Source of the DNA: Candidatus Nanosynbacter lyticus | Lineage (GTDB): Bacteria; Patescibacteriota; Saccharimonadia; Saccharimonadales; Saccharimonadaceae | Length of the DNA: 32,000 nucleotides | Direction of reading: 5' to 3' | NCBI RefSeq assembly: GCF_030253515.1 | Contig: NZ_CP124549.1 | Span: 270,001 to 302,000 of the forward strand | Part shown: positions 15,493 through 22,738 of the stretch, piece by piece | Position numbering within the stretch: position 1 is the first letter of the stretch | Layout of the letters: every line of letters starts with the position of its first letter | The notes under the pieces: model-generated | Seen by the model: the letters and a program-made list of their open reading frames with translations, nothing else | The model's database searches: none | What the model was told of the DNA's origin: nothing | Translations under genes and position numbers: made by a program

Positions 15493-16539
15493 TTACTGGG
15501 CCTGAGATGGAAGAGGTGAGCGGTATCCACTTTGTCGCTCGCGTACTTCGTTATACCATCCTAATAGCTCTTGACCATGATCCCAGCCCCACGCTGAGTC
15601 TGGCAATAAATAACCAGTTACTGCATTAAACAATGGATCTGAGGTATTTACCCTGATATCCAATATTTTTAGGGCCTCTTCGGCAATATCTGCTACGGTT
15701 GCAGTCTCGTTATTGTTGAGATGATCTTCTATGAGCTTTGCCAATAGGAATGTGTAAGAGCTGTACATGACTCCTCTTGCCTCAAACTCACTCGTAAATG
15801 GCTCTGCTTGTATTGGGTTATCTCTGTCGCCATAGATATTAGGTGGTAGCTGCGCCGCCGCCGCTCCAGTAAGGTGTATTTCTACGTCCCAGAGTTTTCC
15901 TTTTAGCTCCTCATATTTTTCTTTTCTGTTGATAATGGTATCTGCCCGCTGAATATCATAATCATCTCCAGCATTGCGCCGAGCTTCATCTTCCCGCGCT
16001 TCAGCGGCAAGGACTTCTTCTGGTATATCGTCCAGATTTTTTATCACGAGTGGATATGTCTCTGCCATTACAGGATGCTCGCTATACGGGTCAGGAACTT
16101 CTATCTGCTGATCACGGTGTCCGCGCATAACTCGCGCCCAAGCTGCCTCTAGTTTTTCGGGATCAGAATTTTCATATACGGGAACACAAACACCACCAAA
16201 AATAAGTAGTACCGGCTGGCCTTCTTCTGGTGCTTCTGGGCCGTTACTGATAGTGTATTTGGCTATACCTACTGCATCAGAGAAAAATATTCTGGCATCA
16301 GCAAGGTCGTCGCCCAACGCAAGCAATGGGGCTTTTTCCAGCGGCCCGCTATACATTTCAGGTTCGCTAGGTTCAGGGGTGACTTCGGTATGATCGTTAG
16401 TGTCAACGGGTGTTTCTGGATCTGCCTGAACTTCTTCCTTGATACCCGCAGGATTTTCCTGAAGCGTGTCCCAGGGGGTTGCAGGATTATTTTGCTCTTT
16501 GCTCAGCATTCCCTCAGGTGGCTTTGGTATTCCTGTCAT
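15493..16539 (-). CDS. hypothetical acidic protein (348 aa) with a Pro/Glu-rich, probably disordered N-terminus
   Basis: ORF with the Shine-Dalgarno sequence GAGAGGAG 8 nt upstream and a consensus promoter. No motif was recognised. Confidence 0.6.
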   Translation of the reverse strand: MTGIPKPPEGMLSKEQNNPATPWDTLQENPAGIKEEVQADPETPVDTNDHTEVTPEPSEPEMYSGPLEKAPLLALGDDLADARIFFSDAVGIAKYTISNGPEAPEEGQPVLLIFGGVCVPVYENSDPEKLEAAWARVMRGHRDQQIEVPDPYSEHPVMAETYPLVIKNLDDIPEEVLAAEAREDEARRNAGDDYDIQRADTIINRKEKYEELKGKLWDVEIHLTGAAAAQLPPNIYGDRDNPIQAEPFTSEFEARGVMYSSYTFLLAKLIEDHLNNNETATVADIAEEALKILDIRVNTSDPLFNAVTGYLLPDSAWGWDHGQELLGWYNEVRERQSGYRSPLPSQAQ

Positions 16540-16577
16540 AGTTATAACTCCTCTCGCATGGATTTTAGTGTGCTGAG

Positions 16578-16606
16578 ATTATATCAGCGGTGTAGTACTA
16601 TGTCAA
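16578..16606 (-). promoter_or_regulatory. perfect consensus promoter TTGACA-17-TATAAT (minus strand) for the 15493..16539 gene
   Basis: The -35 is the reverse complement of 16601..16606 and the -10 is the reverse complement of 16578..16583, with a 17-nt spacer. Confidence 0.7.
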
Positions 16607-16652
16607 GGTTATGAGAATTCAGCTACAGTTATTACTACGCCGTTGAGTTGGT

Positions 16653-18197
16653 TCATTTCTTGTCAAGAACAACCAAGTGCTCAATATGCGGTGTGCGCGG
16701 GAAAAAGTTGTAGCCATGATGATGGACGATGCGGTAGTGTTGTTGGAGCAAGGCGACATCGCGGGCTTGGGTGACGGGATTGCAGCTGAGATAGAGGATG
16801 CGCGGCGGCAGCTGTTGCAACAATGTCGCAATAACGTCGGGATGCAAGCCGGCGCGCGGCGGGTCAACGATGACGATTTCCTTGCCTGTAATGTAGTCGA
16901 GAGCTTGTTCGCTGGGAGCGAGGACAGCGCGGGCGTCAGTGCGGTCAAGTTCGGTGATGTTACGCTGCATCTCGGCGACGGCGTGTTCGTTGATTTCTAC
17001 CAGTGTGACGTTGCCATCAGCAATGGTCAGGCCGATGGTGCCAACGCCAGCATAGAGGTCGATGGTTGATAATTTGACAGCTCGAATATCATCAGAAAAT
17101 AATCCGGGACCCACGTAAAGTTGCCCAGATTTTTTCTGAGATATTGCTCGCTGTTGACTATCGGTGTTATCATGTGCCGCCAACTGATCCAGCTGGCGCT
17201 CTTGGCGCGCCTTATTGTACGGTACCCATTCCCGCATATCGCATAGCGCCTGCTCGTAAACCGGGATGTTGACTTGGAAAAAGCCTTCGCAGGCGTAGCA
17301 AAATGGCACACCAAGAATGGTGTCGGTCAAGGTGGTGTTGCCGAAATGCGCTAGTTGCTCGGTGATGCGGCTGGCTGGTGAGCGCGGGTCGGAGTAGATG
17401 ACTTCCCCGCCCTGAGCCGGTAATTTGGCGGCTTCATCAGCGGTAATTATTTCGGGCAAGCGATCCTTGATATACAGCTGCCAGACGCAACTTCCTGACT
17501 GATCGCAGCGGACGAGCAAGGTCTTGAGCTGGCGAGCCGCGACGCGTTTATGGCGCAGTAAATCACGGATAGCCCGCGCCAGGTTATTGATTTCTGGGTG
17601 TGCCAAACTTGTGCCCTCGACGACCACCTTGCCCTTGCTGCCGCGACGGAAAAATGCCAAGTCAAGCGTATCAATCGATGATTCTTCACGGTCGCTATCC
17701 GCGTCTATCCCCCGGGTATCATCAGAGGATAATTCGGGACCTGAGACAATCCCAGATTTTTTCTGAGGTACCGCTCGGGATACTACCGATTCGCTGTACC
17801 AGCTAAATTCAACTTTGTTGCGATAACCATATGCGACATTGTCGCAATAAATATCAATCGCTGCTGGTAGTGTGACATTATGCAGTGTAAACGCATCATT
17901 AATCAACTGTGCCTTATACGTCTGCTCAACTTCGAGTGGAATAATCTGCCACGGGCTGGTCGACAGATAACTATCTGGGTCACGTGGCTGGATGCGGTCG
18001 GGGCTTGGCGAGATTACTTCCTCGGCGACCGCCTCGACGAAGTGCGATTTCTTTTTGGTAATGCGAACGGTGACGGTCTCGCCCGGCAGCCCGCCCCATA
18101 CGAAACATTTGCGGCCGTCAGCCAGCGTTCCTAGTGCTTGCCCGCCACCAACAATTTTCTCTAGTGTCAGCGTCTCGAAACTCTGCCGTCCCATCAA
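16653..18197 (-). CDS. TrmA/RlmD(RumA)-family RNA (uracil-5-)-methyltransferase with a TRAM domain, carrying two in-frame insertions
   Basis: TRAM-like N-terminus (GETVTVRITKKKSHFVEA), SAM motif I DLYAGVGTIG, DPPRAGL, and catalytic YLSCNP. Insertions sit around VPQKKSGIVSGPELSSDDTRG and SQKKSGQLYVGPGLFSDDIRA. The likely true start is ATG 18194, with TATAAT (reverse complement of 18202..18207) 7 nt upstream. Confidence 0.85.
   Translation of the reverse strand: MMGRQSFETLTLEKIVGGGQALGTLADGRKCFVWGGLPGETVTVRITKKKSHFVEAVAEEVISPSPDRIQPRDPDSYLSTSPWQIIPLEVEQTYKAQLINDAFTLHNVTLPAAIDIYCDNVAYGYRNKVEFSWYSESVVSRAVPQKKSGIVSGPELSSDDTRGIDADSDREESSIDTLDLAFFRRGSKGKVVVEGTSLAHPEINNLARAIRDLLRHKRVAARQLKTLLVRCDQSGSCVWQLYIKDRLPEIITADEAAKLPAQGGEVIYSDPRSPASRITEQLAHFGNTTLTDTILGVPFCYACEGFFQVNIPVYEQALCDMREWVPYNKARQERQLDQLAAHDNTDSQQRAISQKKSGQLYVGPGLFSDDIRAVKLSTIDLYAGVGTIGLTIADGNVTLVEINEHAVAEMQRNITELDRTDARAVLAPSEQALDYITGKEIVIVDPPRAGLHPDVIATLLQQLPPRILYLSCNPVTQARDVALLQQHYRIVHHHGYNFFPRTPHIEHLVVLDKK
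16814..16833 (+). repeat. 20-bp motif copy S5 (TTGCAACAATGTCGCAATAA; 18/20), inside the methyltransferase CDS
   Basis: It encodes DVIATLLQQ on the minus strand. Confidence 0.8.
17087..17151 (+). repeat. palindromic repeat element copy A, inside the methyltransferase CDS
   Basis: tatcaTCAGAAAATAATCCGGGACCcacgtaaagttgCCCAGATTTTTTCTGAgatattgctcgc. The arms TCAGAAAATAATCCGGG and CCCAGATTTTTTCTGA are complementary apart from one bulge and one mismatch. It is translated as SQKKSGQLYVGPGLFSDD. Confidence 0.85.
17717..17778 (+). repeat. palindromic repeat element copy B, inside the methyltransferase CDS
   Basis: tatcaTCAGAGGATAATTCGGGACCtgagacaatCCCAGATTTTTTCTGAggtaccgctcgg. Against copy A the left arm matches at 17/20 and the right arm at 17/17, and the centre differs. 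It is translated as PQKKSGIVSGPELSSDD. Confidence 0.85.
17831..17850 (+). repeat. 20-bp motif copy S4 (ATGCGACATTGTCGCAATAA; 19/20; contains the perfect 15-bp palindrome TGCGACATTGTCGCA), inside the methyltransferase CDS
   Basis: It encodes DIYCDNVAYG on the minus strand. Confidence 0.8.
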
Positions 18198-18212
18198 AGC
18201 TATTATAACAGA

Positions 18213-18686
18213 TTAGAAGTTGCACTCTGGCACGCCGCCAAACCAGCCGTTTTGCATATTGCGGCCAGTGCGGCAGGTGGTGCCATCTGAGAGCGGCACC
18301 TTTATGGCGTAGCGGGTCGGCACGACGCTGGAAGCGTGGGTCGTGTCAGTGGCTGCGAGATACCAATAATCGCGGCCTTCGTGGTCTTTCGGCAGCTGCT
18401 TGATGTAGCGTGGAATGAGAAGTGCGCCGAGCTCGCCGCCATTACAAATCTTCATATTAGCGGTGTTATAAATGGTGCAGGCGCTCGTCGGCCATGGATA
18501 TTCGCCGTTGTCCGAACGATATTTCTCGATCGCTTCCTTGAGCATTGAGATATTTGACTTGGTTTCGTTGTCGCGAGCGGTGTTGTAGGCATTGCGCCAG
18601 ACGAGGCCGCCTAAGGTAGCGAGGATCGCGATGACCACGATAATAATGATAATTTCGACGATAGTAAAGCCATACTGCTTATGCAT
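18213..18686 (-). CDS. type IV pilin/pseudopilin with a prepilin N-terminal cleavage/methylation domain
   Basis: MHKQYG|FTIVEIIIIIVVIAILATLGG shows the G/FTxxE prepilin peptidase site with Glu at +5. Cys pairs lie in the C-terminal part. TACAAT (reverse complement of 18693..18698) lies 6 nt upstream of the ATG. Confidence 0.85.
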   Translation of the reverse strand: MHKQYGFTIVEIIIIIVVIAILATLGGLVWRNAYNTARDNETKSNISMLKEAIEKYRSDNGEYPWPTSACTIYNTANMKICNGGELGALLIPRYIKQLPKDHEGRDYWYLAATDTTHASSVVPTRYAIKVPLSDGTTCRTGRNMQNGWFGGVPECNF

Positions 18687-18765
18687 ATGATGATTGTAGC
18701 GCGTTTTGAGCCCGATCGCAAGGCTGGTAATTAGGTGATTATTATGCTACACTAATCCTTGGTAT

Positions 18766-18840
18766 TGGGCCGTCGCCAAGTGGTAAGGCACCAGGTTTTG
18801 GTCCTGGCATTCGGGGGTTCGAATCCCTCCGGCCCAGCCA
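18766..18840 (+). tRNA. tRNA-Gln (anticodon UUG), CCA encoded
   Basis: TGGGCCG tc GCCAAGTGGTAAGGCA CCAGG TTTTGGT CCTGG cattc GGGGGTTCGAATCCCTC CGGCCCA G CCA. It has a 7-bp acceptor stem, a T-loop GGTTCGAATCC and an anticodon loop TT-TTG-GT. It closely parallels E. coli tRNA-Gln. Confidence 0.9.
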
Positions 18841-18890
18841 TAGAATTACACATCAACCGTCTAGTCTGTAATGGCTGGGCGGTTTATTTG
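18833..18890 (+). terminator. terminator hairpin using the tRNA 3' end
   Basis: CCCAGCCAT (18833..18841) pairs with ATGGCTGGG (18871..18879), with an inner TACA/TGTA extension, followed by cggTTTATTTG. Confidence 0.55.
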
Positions 18891-18925
18891 TCGAAGTGTT
18901 GCTACTTGGCCTATAATAAACACCA

Positions 18926-20218
18926 GTGACCAATAGTAAAGATGAAAAGTTAAAGCTGCTCTATATACAATGCCGAGACGCATATCACGAATGGCTTATA
19001 GAGCAAGGAGTAGACGATAGCTTCGGGGGTATACCATTTCCTGGATGGTTTTATGACCCCTACAACATCCCTGCTGAGTTGCTGTTTAGGGCATTGTACG
19101 GAAAAGTCAATAATAAGACCACAGCGCGCGCTGAATTTGATAGCAAGCTTCTTAGCATGGTTTATAAAAATGATACCTATGACAGAGAATCGCTAACAGC
19201 AAGGCCACAGGACTTAGAATACAAGAACTTCACTGTTTGCTTTCAAATATATTTTCGGTCAAAGACTGCCAAAGTAGATCTATTCAAAACACAACTTACT
19301 CTTTCCGGTATTAAGTTTACATGGTGTAGCGAGCGAGCGTTTTGGAAGATAGTTGATAAGGTTGGTGGCATGAATGAGTATTTGCAGTATCGAAATAAAG
19401 TTTTTCCAAAGCTCAACAACGAATTTGGTACTTACACAGTTAAGGCTCAGGTCGCCGACCTTACTGTAGAAGAGGCTGTTAATAAAGCTGCGAGAGCTTT
19501 TCAGGGTTTTATGGACTGTGTTAATGTCGTACAGTCGTTTAACCGTCAGAAACGTAAGCTCTCACACGGCCCGAACGATAATAATATGGCCATAAGTGAC
19601 GTTGGTGTGTTTGTTGCAGAGGAAGATAGCAAAGTCGAGATACTCTGGTCTAATATAAGAAGACACTCTTTGCCTTCGGAAAGTCTTAATAGTTTAGATA
19701 TTGGTAAAGAGCGTTTATATAAGGTGCTGATAAGGGCGTTTCAGGATAATAATTCTGTAGTTGCCGAGCGATTGAAGTATACTGTTATGGAATTTGCGTC
19801 TGCTTTGAGTGCGGAAGATCCAAATCTTGGCCTGTTGGGATTTTGGAGGTGTCTAGAGATTGCTACCAGGAAAGCAAACCAACAAACTCGCAAAGAAGAA
19901 GAAATACTAAATATATTCAAAAATTATCACCCTGAGGAAAAGTACTGGAGACAGCAAGGGTCTCTAATAAAGGAAGTTCGCAATACTTACGTTCATCAGG
20001 GCGTCTCTAGTGTAAAGGATACGCCCGACTACTACCTAAACTGGTCTAAGCAATACGCTGAAGCTGCCATTGGGATATTAATATGGCTTTACAATAACCG
20101 TGCGATATGGAAAGATAATGACGATATCGATATCTTTTTTGATCATTATAGCCAGTCGAGCCACAAGCTTGAGCTAGCTGGAAAGGTATTAAGGGGGCGC
20201 AGTGTTCGCGTTGCATGA
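18926..20218 (+). CDS. hypothetical protein (430 aa) with a C-terminal helical region carrying an RNxxxH (HEPN-like Rx4-6H) motif
   Basis: GTG start at 18926, 8 nt after TATAAT (18912..18917). The C-terminal region is LGLLGFWRCLEIATRK...GSLIKEVRNTYVHQGVSS, with the R-N-T-Y-V-H codons at 19979..19996. The gene is AT-rich. The N-terminal two thirds were not recognised. The HEPN call rests on a single short motif plus helical context. Confidence 0.55.
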   Translation: MTNSKDEKLKLLYIQCRDAYHEWLIEQGVDDSFGGIPFPGWFYDPYNIPAELLFRALYGKVNNKTTARAEFDSKLLSMVYKNDTYDRESLTARPQDLEYKNFTVCFQIYFRSKTAKVDLFKTQLTLSGIKFTWCSERAFWKIVDKVGGMNEYLQYRNKVFPKLNNEFGTYTVKAQVADLTVEEAVNKAARAFQGFMDCVNVVQSFNRQKRKLSHGPNDNNMAISDVGVFVAEEDSKVEILWSNIRRHSLPSESLNSLDIGKERLYKVLIRAFQDNNSVVAERLKYTVMEFASALSAEDPNLGLLGFWRCLEIATRKANQQTRKEEEILNIFKNYHPEEKYWRQQGSLIKEVRNTYVHQGVSSVKDTPDYYLNWSKQYAEAAIGILIWLYNNRAIWKDNDDIDIFFDHYSQSSHKLELAGKVLRGRSVRVA

Positions 20219-20244
20219 TTACAACTCGTGAGGCTCCAAAACTT

Positions 20245-22485
20245 CTACTTTTTCGCCTCTTGTCTCTTATTAAAGAAGTAGATAAACTGCTTTATTATGG
20301 CCTCCTTAAGCTCGGGGGATTTTTCATTTCCCACTTTTGCGATAGTGCGAATACTATTTGTCGTCGGACGCTCAAACAGTACAAGATCTACCTCCTGTAT
20401 ATTGCCTAGAGTGCCATATCGCGGATCGGATATGATAATTTGGTGCAAAGTATCAATATTGATAATGGTATCTATACTAAGCATTATATCTGGTGTCAAA
20501 TCTCTATAGGTATAATCGCTTTTGCCCATAGTATGCCAAGTTCCTACGAACTGTAGTATAAAGCCTATTACATCATCTGCTGACTGTATCTTTTTCTCTA
20601 AATACTGACTAGTCTCCTCTCTGGTGGAAAGCTCAGCCCATCTTGTGTATAGTCGGATAGATGAGCCATTTTGACTGAGTAGCGGCAATTTATCATTCTT
20701 AGCAAAGCACCTGATACACTGCAAAGCGGTAGTCTTATATTGTTGAATTTGATCTTTTTTCAGTTCAATAGAGTGATTACCCTTATTTGTACTGTAATGG
20801 ATTACGTGGTCTATAGTGCGTGAGAATGTATCTATTCTGTCTTGGTCGAAGAGATGATTAATGAGAGAGATATATCCTGTGGTCTTTTCATCTTTACTTT
20901 CACTGGCAAGTATGTCATCGATAGTAAATAACACTCTCTCTAATGCCGTAAGTGTTAGTGAAGATGATCTGGCAGTAGGCATTCCTTCGATTAAATCCAG
21001 TAGACATGTACAGAATACTATTTTGTTTTTTATGACACTGTGTCTTTTAGAGATAATCCATAGTGCTGTGGCAATATTATTCTCGTTGATTATGTGTAAG
21101 TTTTTACGAATAGACGCCTCATCAACAGAATTCGTTAGTAAATTCATAACTGCAACATCAGAGATATCCTCTATTTCGTCAAGCGATGCAAAGAACTTCT
21201 CGAAATAATAGTCTGAGGCAATCCGCTGGTGGTACCGTAGGTCATTCTCATTTATATTGCCATAGCCCTTAAGTGTATATGCAACAAAAGGAAATAATTC
21301 TTGTACTATCTCTAACCAACGATCGTCGCCTCCGAAAGTATCCTGAAGGTCCTGCTTGCGAGAGGTGTCGTCATTAATGCCATATTTAGAGCTGATTTTT
21401 TCTATTAACATATCCCCGTTGTTTTTGATTCTTTCATATAGGCCATCGTCAAATAGGCGAATAATTTCAAGTACTATGACATCAACCATATTCATCTCTC
21501 CGTGGCACAGGGGAAGTCTAAACAATAATGAATTATTCAGTCGGTTAATATCTCTCGGTGATTGTATATATGCACCCAGGTCGTGATACCCGAGTATAAG
21601 TCGGAATCGCTCTATTTCATTTTCCTCTAAGACAATGGAATGTTGCTTACAGATTGATTCAATAGTAGCCGCCAGCATCCTATTTAGCGACGACCTGCTT
21701 GCTTTGGGTAGCTCAAGAGGTATTTGTATAATTTTTTCGAGGTATTCTTGGCCGCTGGCACCTTGTGGAAGGAATTGTTCAATTGCCGATGCAACATACC
21801 TATTGTCAAATGGAAGTATATATACTATACCGGCATAGTTTGCTATTTGGGCGATTATATGCATCAGATCTGTGATGCTTTGACTTTCAAGTCTGTCTAT
21901 GTCATCAATGACAACGATCACTTTTTTACCTGATTCCTTAATTTCTTCCTGTGTTTTAATCTTAATCTTATTTATGAAGTAGCTTGATTGTAGTATCCTG
22001 CTGACATAATCCATGCTCGCTGTAATCCTACCGAGGTATATGGACGTCTCCTTGCGACCCCCAGAGTTAAGGTCGATCTCTATAGTGGAATCAATTGGAA
22101 GTTTTGCTCTACTTAATTTGCCGAAGAATCTGCTAGTTTTTTCTCGAAAGCCGCCGAAGGCTTTGTCGGTAACTTTTTCGTATATGTTTTTAAGAATTTC
22201 ATGAAAAATTGCGTCGCCGTTGCCATTAAGCTCCCAGGCATTAAGTTTGACAAGGACTGGTTTATTCTTTCTCGTGCTGTCATTAATTCTTTGTTCAATT
22301 AAATTAATAGTAGATGTCTTACCGGAGCCCCAGCTTGCATACAGGCCGATGATAAAGCTCCTCTCTTTGTCGAGTGAGTTCAGGATACTGACTATTTTTT
22401 CTGCAAAAGAAAGCCTTCCAAGTGAGTCATATTTCTTTGAATTGATCGGACTATCAGAGCTATAGGTATTCATTCTACAGATCAT
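20245..22485 (-). CDS. KAP-family P-loop NTPase (soluble form, no obvious transmembrane insertion)
   Basis: Walker A in the KAP-typical context IIGLYASWGSGKTSTINLI and Walker B KKVIVVIDDIDRLES. A long helical C-terminal region follows. The gene is AT-rich. An alternative start is ATG 22473 (MNTYSSD). Confidence 0.8.
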   Translation of the reverse strand: MICRMNTYSSDSPINSKKYDSLGRLSFAEKIVSILNSLDKERSFIIGLYASWGSGKTSTINLIEQRINDSTRKNKPVLVKLNAWELNGNGDAIFHEILKNIYEKVTDKAFGGFREKTSRFFGKLSRAKLPIDSTIEIDLNSGGRKETSIYLGRITASMDYVSRILQSSYFINKIKIKTQEEIKESGKKVIVVIDDIDRLESQSITDLMHIIAQIANYAGIVYILPFDNRYVASAIEQFLPQGASGQEYLEKIIQIPLELPKASRSSLNRMLAATIESICKQHSIVLEENEIERFRLILGYHDLGAYIQSPRDINRLNNSLLFRLPLCHGEMNMVDVIVLEIIRLFDDGLYERIKNNGDMLIEKISSKYGINDDTSRKQDLQDTFGGDDRWLEIVQELFPFVAYTLKGYGNINENDLRYHQRIASDYYFEKFFASLDEIEDISDVAVMNLLTNSVDEASIRKNLHIINENNIATALWIISKRHSVIKNKIVFCTCLLDLIEGMPTARSSSLTLTALERVLFTIDDILASESKDEKTTGYISLINHLFDQDRIDTFSRTIDHVIHYSTNKGNHSIELKKDQIQQYKTTALQCIRCFAKNDKLPLLSQNGSSIRLYTRWAELSTREETSQYLEKKIQSADDVIGFILQFVGTWHTMGKSDYTYRDLTPDIMLSIDTIINIDTLHQIIISDPRYGTLGNIQEVDLVLFERPTTNSIRTIAKVGNEKSPELKEAIIKQFIYFFNKRQEAKK

Positions 22486-22692
22486 TATAACCCACAGTAT
22501 AAAAATAGCTAATAAACTATTGGTTTCTCGGTGTAAGCACCCCCTTTAATGCACCTTTAGCAAGCTTGGCTTGTTGTATATAGCTCTCAGTTGCCAACAT
22601 ATCGCGGTCGATCATAATCATAATTCATAAGAGGCTTTACTTTTTACCACTCTAAGGCTTGAGATTTTCATGCTTAGCTAATTTGGCTTGCC

Positions 22693-22724
22693 AAGAACAC
22701 CCCTCGTATTGCATGGGTGTTCTT
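22693..22724. terminator. 10-bp stem hairpin downstream of the P-type ATPase gene
   Basis: AAGAACACCC (22693..22702) pairs with GGGTGTTCTT (22715..22724). A T-rich tail follows only on the plus strand (gtgtattctgt), so its role as the ATPase terminator on the minus strand is uncertain. Confidence 0.4.
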
Positions 22725-22738
22725 GTGTATTCTGTAGC

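Noticed and set aside
22516-22620. A 34-codon minus-strand ORF (MIMIDRDMLATESYIQQAKLAKGALKGVLTPRNQ) just upstream of the KAP NTPase gene
   Set aside because: It is too short and has no recognisable motif or clear start signals. It could be a small partner gene or a gene remnant, but the sequence alone does not support either.
22486-22738. Searched the right border of the AT-rich islet, and also 29968..30315, for a direct repeat of the tRNA-Gln 3' end (attR) or an integrase remnant
   Set aside because: No match to GGTTCGAATCCCTCCGGCCCAGCCA or a sub-fragment was seen by eye, and no integrase-like frame was found. Recent site-specific integration therefore cannot be claimed.
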